A stretch of 34,574 nt of DNA from positions 1 to 34,574 of IMG/VR virus record IMGVR_UViG_3300044647_001529; one strand, 5' to 3'. This document shows positions 25,368 through 34,016 of the stretch, piece after piece (position 1 is the stretch's first letter; each line of letters begins with the position of its first letter). This stretch comes from a virus (lineage: Duplodnaviria; Caudoviricetes). A program made the position numbers and the translations under genes. The notes under the pieces were generated by a model. The model searched no databases. It was not told the origin of the DNA and worked only from the letters and a program-made list of their open reading frames with translations.

Positions 25368-25730
25368 TTAGAACATCGGAACGGCGATTTCGATGACAGC
25401 CGAGGTGGCGGTGGCCGCTTCGAGAGCGACACCAGCCGTAACCAGATTAGCCGCCAGCGTGGTCACTTGACCAGCCGCATCAAATTTCACAACATCACCG
25501 ACCGCCGCCGTGCCGGACACGGTTGCGAAGAAGGTGGGGTGGAACAGCTTCACGGTCACATAACCGCCAGCCGCTCCGTCATCAATGGTGGCTCCGATGG
25601 CCTTGGTCGACCCAGTCACAGCCACATCAATCCCGCCAGCCGTCACCGTGGAGGGCTGAACAAGGCGATAAGCCGAGATAGCGGACGATGTGCTGAACGT
25701 CCGAAAATTATTATCAATATTGGTGCTCAT
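25368..25730 (-). CDS. Capsid decoration/cement protein (DUF2190-like)
   Basis: AISAYRLV, AVGDVVKFDAAGQV, GVALEAAT....IEI. Confidence 0.75.
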   Translation of the reverse strand: MSTNIDNNFRTFSTSSAISAYRLVQPSTVTAGGIDVAVTGSTKAIGATIDDGAAGGYVTVKLFHPTFFATVSGTAAVGDVVKFDAAGQVTTLAANLVTAGVALEAATATSAVIEIAVPMF

Positions 25731-25746
25731 TCTATTTTATCCTTTG

Positions 25747-26148
25747 TTAGATTTTGCTGATGCCACGGCCAAGAGCCTCGGCATATTCTTTGGGGTTGGA
25801 GAGCATGACGGCTTTCATGGCCTTCAGCTTTGAAGTTCCGTAGTCGGCATGAGCCGCCACAAGAGCCTCAAAATTTTTCGGCTCATCCTTCTTGGGAGCC
25901 TCTTCGATCACCGGGGAAGCGGGGACAGGCTTGATGCCGAACTCGGTGAGAACCTTTTTCACAACCTCGGACATCTCCTCGGTCTTGGGCTCTTCCTTTT
26001 TCGCCATTTCCTCTTTCGGCTCAACCTCGACTTCAATCTTGGGAACCGAATCCTCTTTTTTCTCTTCTTTGGGAGACATGGCCTCTTCCAGTTTGGCGAG
26101 GCGCACCTTGATATCTTCCACTTCCTTACCGTAATCTTTGTTTTCCAT
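25747..26148 (-). CDS. Nested in-frame scaffold protein (133 aa)
   Basis: Internal RBS AAGGAGAGAACACA-ATG at codon 240, preceded by TTGACAAAA; analogous to lambda Nu3 within C. Confidence 0.65.
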   Translation of the reverse strand: MENKDYGKEVEDIKVRLAKLEEAMSPKEEKKEDSVPKIEVEVEPKEEMAKKEEPKTEEMSEVVKKVLTEFGIKPVPASPVIEEAPKKDEPKNFEALVAAHADYGTSKLKAMKAVMLSNPKEYAEALGRGISKI

Positions 26149-26865
26149 TGTGTTCTCTCCTTTTGTCAAACCCTCGCCCTCAACTTGGGTTTCGGGCAGA
26201 TCGGTGGGAATCGGCTTGCCGCCAACCATATATCCCATTTTGATTGTTTCGCCAGAGCATTTGGTCTGGGTTTCGGCAAATTTCTGCATAAACTTAACCA
26301 TTTCCTCGAAAAGTCCATTGGTTGCCGCAGGGCTTGAAACTAGGTCGGCGGAAGCGATGGATTGGGGTCGGATATAGTCCTTGCCGTTGATGGTCTCGGA
26401 CTCATTCACAAAAGCCAAGGAAACGCCGAACTGGTCGGGAGCTTCTGCGGCCATCTCTTTGATGAGGCCGTAGTGCGGGGAGTTGCGAAGGAGGCGGAGG
26501 TCGGCAACCAGCTTATCGCCTTCGATGCGGGGATTCCTTGCGAAGCCTACAACGGCATCCAATCCGCTTCCATGATTTAACTTTGTTTTAACGCCATTCT
26601 TTGCGGCCTTCATAATGCCAAGAGCCATCTCTAGGCTTTTCTTATCTACGAATAGGTCATGCCCCTTGGCCTCTCCCACCTCTAGGATCGAGACCCCGCC
26701 CAACTCTAGCTCTGCCATTTCCTCATCCTCATCACGATATGTGCGATAGGCAACCGCCGCCCTCTGTGTTTCATCGGGAAAATCGCTGATGGCTTGGTCG
26801 TTGCCCATAAAGCGTGAAACAAAGTCCTGTTCCGATTCGTCTCCTCTAGGAGTGGGTAGGGGCAT
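25747..26865 (-). CDS. Prohead protease-scaffold fusion with small N-terminal accessory domain
   Basis: GEAKGH, KLNH, LVADL, FGVSL, ADLVSSPAA protease-like motifs; acidic coiled C-terminus. Confidence 0.8.
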   Translation of the reverse strand: MPLPTPRGDESEQDFVSRFMGNDQAISDFPDETQRAAVAYRTYRDEDEEMAELELGGVSILEVGEAKGHDLFVDKKSLEMALGIMKAAKNGVKTKLNHGSGLDAVVGFARNPRIEGDKLVADLRLLRNSPHYGLIKEMAAEAPDQFGVSLAFVNESETINGKDYIRPQSIASADLVSSPAATNGLFEEMVKFMQKFAETQTKCSGETIKMGYMVGGKPIPTDLPETQVEGEGLTKGENTMENKDYGKEVEDIKVRLAKLEEAMSPKEEKKEDSVPKIEVEVEPKEEMAKKEEPKTEEMSEVVKKVLTEFGIKPVPASPVIEEAPKKDEPKNFEALVAAHADYGTSKLKAMKAVMLSNPKEYAEALGRGISKI

Positions 26866-26876
26866 AGAATCTTTTT

Positions 26877-26885
26877 TTATGTCAA
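26877..26885 (-). promoter_or_regulatory. TTGACATAA motif, 11 nt upstream of protease ATG
   Basis: Exact 9-mer containing the portal TGA stop. Confidence 0.7.
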
Positions 26886-29677
26886 AGAAGATCGCCGTCT
26901 GCCTTGCGGTAGGACTCTTTTACCTCTCCACCGCCAGCCATCTTTAGAAACTTGTTCACCCTAGCCATCGCCCAAGCGTTGCGTGAGTTGGGCTTACCCC
27001 CGGTAATCGTTGGCCTAAAGCTAGTGGAGAACGCACCCGCCCCCCTGCGAAACACTTTCTTTAATGCTCCAAGGGTGGGGGCTTTCCTTGTGGGGTGCTT
27101 GTCCTTGAACTCGGCAATCTTGTTCTTCAATGCTTCCTCGTTCTCGGCTGAAATCTCTATGTCGCCAGCTTTGCTTCTGGTGGATGCTGTTCCTTCTGGG
27201 TTCTCCTTGGAGCCTTTGATTCGCTCCTTGGGAGGTGCGGGAGTTTGTGCCGCAGACTTGGGGCCGGGTCGGGCTAGTTCCTTTGCCTTCTCATCAGTCA
27301 TTGGGCCACCCACAATCCAAGCGTCACAAGTTCTTTTGGCCGCACATTTAAAATCAAAAATCTCGCAGTAACCTAGATTGCCACCAATAGCGACTTCATT
27401 TGCATCCTCGCCGATGCCCTTCTTAATACACCCAAGAACTTTAGTCCTTTGGTCGAAGGCCGCACAATTACCGCAAAGCATCTTTTTGGCCGTGGCTACA
27501 TCGCCTTGGAACTCGTCTGCCTTGGCTTTCCAATAATCCTCATTAGGTTCATTAGGGTTGGCTGGGCCGTAGTTCGCATCATCAACCGCTGTCTTCCTAT
27601 TGGCTAGATTGGTTTTGATGTCTTGAGTTGCGATTGGGCAAGAGGCTGGTTCTGCTAGTTCTTTCTTGTCCCTTGCCTCCATCTGCCCAACCACTTTCCT
27701 TGCCCAAGCATAACCAGCATCACCACCCCATCCATTCCACGCTTGCCATCCCTTGCCCTGTTCGTCCCAAGTTGCACCTTTCTTGTCGACTTCATGGCGA
27801 TCAAAGAAGGCTTTCATTCTGCGGACGGTATCTGGGGAGAGGTTCACACCATTCATTAAATCCCTTGCTCTGGAGATGCCGACCGGGGTCATTCCCCTTT
27901 GGCTTGCTGGCTTGCCTTCCCTCACATCCAAAGCTCTCTTAGCCGCATCCCTAGCTCCTTGTGGTGGTGTGAAGTCTATTCCGTCATATTTTCCCAACTC
28001 AATCCCGCCCATCATCCCTTGAATCAGCATCTTAATAGATGCGGGGTCTAGCTTTGCTAATACCTCTTCAGTATCTTTTTTTTTAACTTCTAAATTTTCC
28101 GAAGAAGGCTCAATCGGTTCATCTGGTTCTGGCGCATTGTCTGGTTCCTCGCCATCGTCTTGTTCGCCCTCATCGGGTTTCGGTGCTGGTTGTGGCTTTG
28201 GTGCTGGGGCGGCTGGGGCTGGTTTTTCTGGCGGAACGACATCGCTGATTGTCTCTGGGGGAACGCCATATTCTTTAGCCAAGTCTTGAATTGCCTTGGC
28301 CTCGATTGCCCTTTGACGCATCGAAGCCTCCCAATCGGCTCCACGCTCTGCGTAGATGTCGGAGCCTGTGCGAAGTCCGCTCTTAAACTCTGCAATTGCA
28401 CTTGCCGATTCCCGCCCAAGGTCGATTGAAACATTCGCCCCAAAATTAAAAATGCCTCTAGTGGTTTTCCCACCCTCGTTTGTTTGAATCATTCCCCTTG
28501 CAACTGCGTCCGCAATCACAATGTTTTTAATTGGGCGAAGCACCTTGTCGTTCAAAAGATTCTGGTAACGCTTGAAGGTGCGCCCCGCTTGTTGCATTTC
28601 TAGGCGGGCAGTTGGGCCGGACATGGCGGAAGGATCAACCGCAAAGGAATATGGGATTCCAAGTCCAAGACAGATATTCCGCATTAGAACTTTGTGAAAT
28701 TCGATAAACGCTCCGCTAGGACGACTTGGGCCGTTGGGGAAAATAATATCCTCGCCCGGCTCTAGGTAGGAAATTTTGCCCGACTCAATCGTTTCTAGCT
28801 TGATCTGATTCCCACTGATGTCCTCTTCGGTTGAAAGTGTGGAAAGGTCAGCGGCATTGTTGTTGTTGCGCTTTACGATCCCGCTCTGGGAGCTTGCAAC
28901 CTTGGCCGCCATCTTTTCAAAGCTGGTAAGTTCGTGAATGTCGGTTGCGTCATTGATAGCTGTGTGAAAGGCCGAAACGCCACGATATTGGTCGATGCGT
29001 AGCGGGTCGAAAAGGTGGAAGGCTTGGCTTGAGGGAATGGTGATTTGGTAGCTGTAAAAATCCCCGATGCTTCGGTTGTAAATATCGTAAGCCGTGGGTG
29101 CACCTGTGTTGCGATCGATATGGATTCCGCCGATAAGCTCTAGGCTTGTATAGACTTTGAATGGGTCGCCCAATCTGTCGGCCTCAATGCCTTGGATTTT
29201 TAGATCGCCATTGGAATCACGAACCAAAACAAAAAGGAAGTCACCATCCCGCAACATGGACATAACCGCCACTTGCATAAGGGTTGATCCTGTGTGCCTT
29301 GTGGAGATATCGCACTTGTCCCACCATTCGTTCCAATAGGCTTCGACATCGGTGTTTACTTGGGGATTCTGTGTTCTTGATTGGTAGCTGATTGTTCCCG
29401 CAACATGACCTGCAAACTTCAAAAGGATAGAGCGAACCAAGCCTACATTTTCGGCCAAGTCCCTTGCCCGCTTCATCAACTCTACACGATCATAGTTGGA
29501 GCGATAATCTTCAGCCCCAGAAAGTGAGCTTGGCCCCTTGCGTTCCCGGCTGTATTTTACGGCATCATATTCAAAGTTCTTGAGCTTCTGGCGGGCAAGA
29601 AGGCGATCCACCGCTCCCTGCGGATTGACGAAGGCAATAGCCTTGTCGATCAGATTCAATTCGGCCTTTTTCTTCAT
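26882..29677 (-). CDS. Lambda-family portal protein with about 450-aa C-terminal multi-domain extension
   Basis: RARDLAEN, LRDGD, IEADRL, HLFDPLRIDQYRGVS, YLEPGE, GLGIPY in the first ~480 aa; then Pro/acidic linker and three modules. Confidence 0.9.
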   Translation of the reverse strand: MKKKAELNLIDKAIAFVNPQGAVDRLLARQKLKNFEYDAVKYSRERKGPSSLSGAEDYRSNYDRVELMKRARDLAENVGLVRSILLKFAGHVAGTISYQSRTQNPQVNTDVEAYWNEWWDKCDISTRHTGSTLMQVAVMSMLRDGDFLFVLVRDSNGDLKIQGIEADRLGDPFKVYTSLELIGGIHIDRNTGAPTAYDIYNRSIGDFYSYQITIPSSQAFHLFDPLRIDQYRGVSAFHTAINDATDIHELTSFEKMAAKVASSQSGIVKRNNNNAADLSTLSTEEDISGNQIKLETIESGKISYLEPGEDIIFPNGPSRPSGAFIEFHKVLMRNICLGLGIPYSFAVDPSAMSGPTARLEMQQAGRTFKRYQNLLNDKVLRPIKNIVIADAVARGMIQTNEGGKTTRGIFNFGANVSIDLGRESASAIAEFKSGLRTGSDIYAERGADWEASMRQRAIEAKAIQDLAKEYGVPPETISDVVPPEKPAPAAPAPKPQPAPKPDEGEQDDGEEPDNAPEPDEPIEPSSENLEVKKKDTEEVLAKLDPASIKMLIQGMMGGIELGKYDGIDFTPPQGARDAAKRALDVREGKPASQRGMTPVGISRARDLMNGVNLSPDTVRRMKAFFDRHEVDKKGATWDEQGKGWQAWNGWGGDAGYAWARKVVGQMEARDKKELAEPASCPIATQDIKTNLANRKTAVDDANYGPANPNEPNEDYWKAKADEFQGDVATAKKMLCGNCAAFDQRTKVLGCIKKGIGEDANEVAIGGNLGYCEIFDFKCAAKRTCDAWIVGGPMTDEKAKELARPGPKSAAQTPAPPKERIKGSKENPEGTASTRSKAGDIEISAENEEALKNKIAEFKDKHPTRKAPTLGALKKVFRRGAGAFSTSFRPTITGGKPNSRNAWAMARVNKFLKMAGGGEVKESYRKADGDLL

Positions 29678-29910
29678 GGCCCGAATTTAGCGTAAGTCGT
29701 CAGCACCCTAGAACCATCTGCCAGCTTGATGGCATAAGTCAATTCTTCAATCGTGTCTCTGACTTCTCCAAGATTGGCTCGGCTAAAAGACCTTCCCCCG
29801 ATTGAATAAGACGCTCCGGCTACCGCAATCGCTTCTAGGCACTCAAGATACTTTGTGCGGAGACTCGTTAGGGTAGCTATGGGAAGCCCGACAAATGAAC
29901 CCCTAGCCAT
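29674..29910 (-). CDS. Head completion protein, gpW-like
   Basis: GASYSIGGRSFSRANLGEV; between TerL and portal. Confidence 0.75.
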   Translation of the reverse strand: MARGSFVGLPIATLTSLRTKYLECLEAIAVAGASYSIGGRSFSRANLGEVRDTIEELTYAIKLADGSRVLTTYAKFGP

Positions 29911-29922
29911 AAAAATCCCCAC

Positions 29923-29931
29923 TTATGTCAA
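29923..29931 (-). promoter_or_regulatory. TTGACATAA motif, 12 nt upstream of ATG 29910
   Basis: Exact 9-mer, intergenic. Confidence 0.7.
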
Positions 29932-29933
29932 AA

Positions 29934-31700
29934 TTACTCAACGATTTCCTCTTGGTTAAGATCACTAGCTGTGACTTTTAACTTGCCATGCAAGGCCGCC
30001 CCAACAATGTTCATGCACTCGGCATCCATTAAGTGATTGTTTTTGCCGACTTGCTTCCAAACCATGCGCTCCCTGCCTGTAAGTGGGTTCTTTACCCTTA
30101 CCTTGGCCTCTGCGTTGATATGCTCAAAATAGACTAGAGGGGTGTCCTCGGCTACCCATCCATCTGTTTTTAGGAAGTTTGCCAAGATGTCTTTGATGGC
30201 CGGGTTCGACCAACGCCACACAGGGCAAAGCTTCCATTTCCAGCCATCCTTGGACATGGTTTGCTTCCCGCTGAAGGGGTCTCCATTGGCTATTCTGGCG
30301 TATGGGCGTTGAACCTTGGCATTACCCACAATCTCGGAGAAGCTGGCTTTGTCGGAGCCAACAAGCGCAATCCAGCCGTTCTTACAACAATTCAAATAAA
30401 CATCCCTAGTTTGATCCCCAGAATCACAAAAGACGGCGGCGGCTTTAACTGAAAACTCCTCGGCCTTGGCTTGGATGTCGCCCCAAGTTTCAAGCCTCCC
30501 CGCCCATACAAGCCTAGATTTTCCTTCTGTATCCCAAGCCCTAATAATAGCCCAAGCGTGGAAGCCCCCTGCCTCTTGGATGTCGCAACTCATTACAGGG
30601 AACTCGCCCATGCGAATCTCGCCCATCTTGTAGGCTCCGGGCTTTATCTCTACACGCTCTGTTTCGTGTTCTAACCAAGGCTCGGCCAAGATGCGGTTTA
30701 CAAAATCCTGCAAGCCCAAGATTCCATTTTTATCTTGTAGCCATTTCACCGCCAGAGAGCCGAAAGTCACCCAAGGAGCGTATAGTCCATTAAGGTGGTA
30801 GCTCCTCCGCCCCGGCTCCCCTTTGGGGTTTGTGGCAATCCATTCCCCATCCCGAAGCATTTTTGTTTTTTGTCCGTCCCGAATTTGCCCATTGCACTCT
30901 ACGCACTCATAAAAGGCTGATGATTTTACCAGCCCAAAATCCCATTCTGTGTCGCTTAGTTTTGCGGCCTTGTCCCATTTCACCTGTTCCCAAAGTAGCT
31001 TCTGCTTGTGTCCGCAATGGGGGCAGGGAACAAAATAGAACCGCATATCCCCCTTGAGCCATTCCGCCCATATAATTGAGTCTGCGGTTGTGGGGGTGCT
31101 GGTTGAGATGATTAGGTGGTTTGGATAGGTCGCAACTCTGGCCTCTGCCAACTGCAATGCCCCGGCCTCTTTCGATGAGGAGCCATCGGAAAATTTATCA
31201 ACTTCGTCCAAGCAGAGAAGCGAAATACTGCGAGATGCAAGACTACTGGGCGAGTTCGACCCGGTGAACCACAAAGAGGATCGGCGAAAATGCTGTTCCA
31301 AAATCTTAATTTTATCCGTATCAATCGGCTTCTCTTTTGCTAGGGCGGGACAATCATCCACAAGGGGAAGCCATCGGGTTTCTGAAAAAGACCTTGCCAG
31401 CATTTCGCTAGGCATAACCCACAAGGCTGGGCATGGTTCTTCGGCTATTTTGTAAGCCAATCCCGCAAGGATCGTGGTTGTCTTGGATGTCTGCGCTCCC
31501 CAAACTAAAGTGACTCGCCGAATCGAATCATTTCCGAATGCCTCTAGCGGCTCTTTTACATAGGGAGTTAGAGTTGTTGAGTAAGGGCCGGGTATGTTTG
31601 TGACCCTAGCCGATAGGGTTAGATTGGCCTCACACCATTCTGGAATGGAAAGTTTTTTCCTTGGTATAAACAAGGATTTGATTCGTTCCTCTGTTTTCAT
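29934..31700 (-). CDS. terL: Terminase large subunit, lambda GpA family
   Basis: TPYVKEPL, GAQTSKT (Walker A), LDEVDKF (Walker B), STPT, VPCPHCG..C..C, CDIQ, DSG, NHLMDAE. Confidence 0.95.
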   Translation of the reverse strand: MKTEERIKSLFIPRKKLSIPEWCEANLTLSARVTNIPGPYSTTLTPYVKEPLEAFGNDSIRRVTLVWGAQTSKTTTILAGLAYKIAEEPCPALWVMPSEMLARSFSETRWLPLVDDCPALAKEKPIDTDKIKILEQHFRRSSLWFTGSNSPSSLASRSISLLCLDEVDKFSDGSSSKEAGALQLAEARVATYPNHLIISTSTPTTADSIIWAEWLKGDMRFYFVPCPHCGHKQKLLWEQVKWDKAAKLSDTEWDFGLVKSSAFYECVECNGQIRDGQKTKMLRDGEWIATNPKGEPGRRSYHLNGLYAPWVTFGSLAVKWLQDKNGILGLQDFVNRILAEPWLEHETERVEIKPGAYKMGEIRMGEFPVMSCDIQEAGGFHAWAIIRAWDTEGKSRLVWAGRLETWGDIQAKAEEFSVKAAAVFCDSGDQTRDVYLNCCKNGWIALVGSDKASFSEIVGNAKVQRPYARIANGDPFSGKQTMSKDGWKWKLCPVWRWSNPAIKDILANFLKTDGWVAEDTPLVYFEHINAEAKVRVKNPLTGRERMVWKQVGKNNHLMDAECMNIVGAALHGKLKVTASDLNQEEIVE

Positions 31701-32003
31701 TCATCTTAAAAGCATATAGCCCTTGGCATAGGCTTCCATTGGGTTTTTATGAATCCAATCATGGCAAGCCATACAGATTGCCATAAAATATTCCTTTTCA
31801 TTTAGCCTTGCCCCAAATCGCCCTCGCTTATGGTGAATCTGCGTTGCTTTCTTTCCGCAAATTTCGCAAGCTGGGTTCTGCTCCAAATACCATTCCCGAA
31901 GCCAAGTGTAGGCGCGGTTTTCCCTTGCTCTTTTCTTGGAGACTGGCCGAAGCCTTCCACCCCTTTTCAATGGGGTTTTTCTTTTAAGTGGGGAGCGTTT
32001 CAT
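31701..32003 (-). CDS. HNH endonuclease
   Basis: CEIC...IHHKRGR...N...ICMACHDWIH; start MKRSPLKRK at ATGA overlap. Confidence 0.85.
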   Translation of the reverse strand: MKRSPLKRKTPLKRGGRLRPVSKKRARENRAYTWLREWYLEQNPACEICGKKATQIHHKRGRFGARLNEKEYFMAICMACHDWIHKNPMEAYAKGYMLLR

Positions 32004-32071
32004 TCGCTTAAAGAAAGAATCACACAGCACAACGCAAAGAAGCCAAGAAAAATCACAAGGGGATCATTCAT
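32000..32071 (-). CDS. 23-aa hydrophobic peptide
   Basis: MNDPLVIFLGFFALCCVILSLSE*; ATGA overlaps at both ends. Confidence 0.5.
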   Translation of the reverse strand: MNDPLVIFLGFFALCCVILSLSE

Positions 32072-32247
32072 TTGAATTGAGACATATAAAGATTTTTGAT
32101 TTTTCTTTTTATGGTTCTAGGCAAGGTTATTTTTTTGTCGCTTTCGTGTCCATAAATTGCGCCAATGGCCTCTTTCAATCCTTCATATGCGGTCTTGCTT
32201 TCGAGAAGAATTAAAAGAATTCTGGCCTCCTTTGGCGTTAGATTCAT
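32068..32247 (-). CDS. Hypothetical protein (59 aa)
   Basis: Start MNLTPKEARIL at ATGA overlap with small terminase stop. Confidence 0.6.
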   Translation of the reverse strand: MNLTPKEARILLILLESKTAYEGLKEAIGAIYGHESDKKITLPRTIKRKIKNLYMSQFK

Positions 32248-32840
32248 TTGAAAGCCCCTTCTGCCTTTTGAATGGCTAAGAAGATTTGATTCACTCCGTC
32301 CTCGATAGCTTGCTTGGCGCACTCCGGGTCGCTTGGGTTTGCCCTTGAACAGATACTTGCTGGCATTGCATCCAATAATGCACGAATGCCCCCAAGGTAT
32401 TTCGTGAAAGTTTCTTGAACTTCGTCAGTCGAAAGTGTTTGTCGAAGGTGAGCTTGTTCTTCATTGTGATCTATCTCGGCTTGCCTAACAACTTTTTGCG
32501 CTCGCTCGTAAGCATGAATGGCGGCTCTTGTAGCAATCGGGTTTGATTCCTTCGCCGCTCGCACCATAAGCCTAAATGCCGCAACCTCCATCCGTTGCGC
32601 CCGAAGGAGCCGACCAAGCGTGTTAAGAGCGGACAAGTCCTCATCAGAAATACTTTGAGATTCTGGTTCTTCTGATTCTGGTTTTAGCGGGGGCGGGGTT
32701 CTTGCGATGGCTTGTTGGTTTTCCATCCTCCACCTCATCGCATCGGCCTCCGAGGTCAATGGCATCCCCCTCGCCACCATCTTTGAGATTTGGCCTTTCG
32801 ACATTCCCCACTTTTCCACAAGCTCTGTTTGTCTTATCAT
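32244..32840 (-). CDS. terS: Terminase small subunit (Nu1-like)
   Basis: N-terminal HTH RQTELVEKWGMSKGQISKMVARGMP; coiled coil; IRALLDAMP; upstream of TerL. Confidence 0.75.
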   Translation of the reverse strand: MIRQTELVEKWGMSKGQISKMVARGMPLTSEADAMRWRMENQQAIARTPPPLKPESEEPESQSISDEDLSALNTLGRLLRAQRMEVAAFRLMVRAAKESNPIATRAAIHAYERAQKVVRQAEIDHNEEQAHLRQTLSTDEVQETFTKYLGGIRALLDAMPASICSRANPSDPECAKQAIEDGVNQIFLAIQKAEGAFK

Positions 32841-32843
32841 TTA

Positions 32844-33317
32844 TCATAGCGGTCGCCCGCAAGCCTCACATTTTTCACCGCTGTCTCCAAGCTCTTTTTC
32901 GTCTGGTTTTGTCTGCTCCATGAGTTCGCCCAATTCATCAGCCCCAAAGCCTGTGATATCCAAGTCGATTTCGCCTGTATCGAGTTCTTCGATTAAGTCT
33001 TTGAGGGCTGGCAAGTCGAACTCTCCACTTAATTTGTTTAGGGCGATATTGGCCGCTTTTTCTTGTGTCTCATCCAGCCAAACTGCCCAAACCTCAACCT
33101 CCTCTTTTTGAAGTGCTGAATAGCACTTTAGCCTTTGATGGCCTCCAACAATGCTCCCGGTCTTTGCGTTCCAAGTGATCGGCTGAAGATTTCCAAGCTC
33201 GCTTAAACTTTTCGTGAGCCTTCCCAGCGCATCGGAAGAAATTTTTCTTGGATTGTATGAAGCTGGCTGAAGCTCGCTGATTTTTTTTGTTATGAGGCGA
33301 GGATATTTTTCGTTCAT
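32844..33317 (-). CDS. ParB/Srx-like N-terminal domain protein
   Basis: LQPASYNPRKI, IVGGHQRLK, ANIALNKLSGEFD, C-terminal CEACG. Confidence 0.85.
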   Translation of the reverse strand: MNEKYPRLITKKISELQPASYNPRKISSDALGRLTKSLSELGNLQPITWNAKTGSIVGGHQRLKCYSALQKEEVEVWAVWLDETQEKAANIALNKLSGEFDLPALKDLIEELDTGEIDLDITGFGADELGELMEQTKPDEKELGDSGEKCEACGRPL

Positions 33318-33512
33318 TGGATTTTTATTTTCTTGACTTCTCGTAACTTTGTTTCCCTGAGCATTTTACAGGAAACTCGCACAAAAAAATTGCGGTCGGA
33401 ACCTGTTTTGGGGCATTTTTACGCATAGAAGTCTTCTAGTCAGCTTGCGTAAGTCGTTAATAGCCTTTTCACGCTTTTCTTGTGTTTTCATGCCTAAGTC
33501 GCATACCCACTT
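33318..33512. other. Longest non-coding region; candidate packaging-initiation (cos) region
   Basis: Upstream of ParB/TerS; contains IHF-like 33447-33463 and A/T tracts; GpA-type terminase. Cut site not identifiable. Confidence 0.45.
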
Positions 33513-34016
33513 TTAGAGTTTGCCGCCTGCTTCAACCCAAGCCTCGACAATGGGCTTGGCCTCACGCACGAACTCAGAACGTTGTGCCTCGCTCCATTGT
33601 TGGGGGCTTTTGCGTGCGAGCCATTGCGCCGCTTTGATTGGGTAGGTAAGCCAATGGGCTTCGGGTCTTGGCTCGCTGGTGCTGGTGATGGGGTCGGGTA
33701 GGATGCCAGCCCATAATGCGAGTTGCTTAAGCTGGCCGGGTTCTGGGTTGGTCAGGGATGGCCTTGCTTTTGCTACCCGCTCAAGCCGCCTACCCTCCTC
33801 ACCGTTTAAGCCAGCCACCTCTAGAATGCCGTCCACATCCAATCCCTCTGTGCGTGCGGATAGGATGATGTCCCCAGCGTCAGCGGCTAGGCTGATGGTC
33901 TCGGCCATGCTCTTAACGGCCTCTTCCCGCTGTTCCTGTAAAAACCTCACCGTTTTCTTAAGCTCCATGCCGATGCTTTTTTCGTTGTTATCTAGGGTAG
34001 CTAGTGCCTTGCTCAT
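33513..34016 (-). CDS. Hypothetical protein
   Basis: 167 aa; RBS AAGGAG. Confidence 0.75.
   Translation of the reverse strand: MSKALATLDNNEKSIGMELKKTVRFLQEQREEAVKSMAETISLAADAGDIILSARTEGLDVDGILEVAGLNGEEGRRLERVAKARPSLTNPEPGQLKQLALWAGILPDPITSTSEPRPEAHWLTYPIKAAQWLARKSPQQWSEAQRSEFVREAKPIVEAWVEAGGKL

Noticed and set aside
8521-29931. TTGACA boxes as ordinary sigma70 -35 elements
   Set aside because: In most copies the -10 position would fall on or inside the coding sequence, and no TATAAT-like box is there
32844-33317. Plasmid-prophage partition system
   Set aside because: Only a ParB N-terminal domain beside the terminase, with no ParA; a common packaging-region gene
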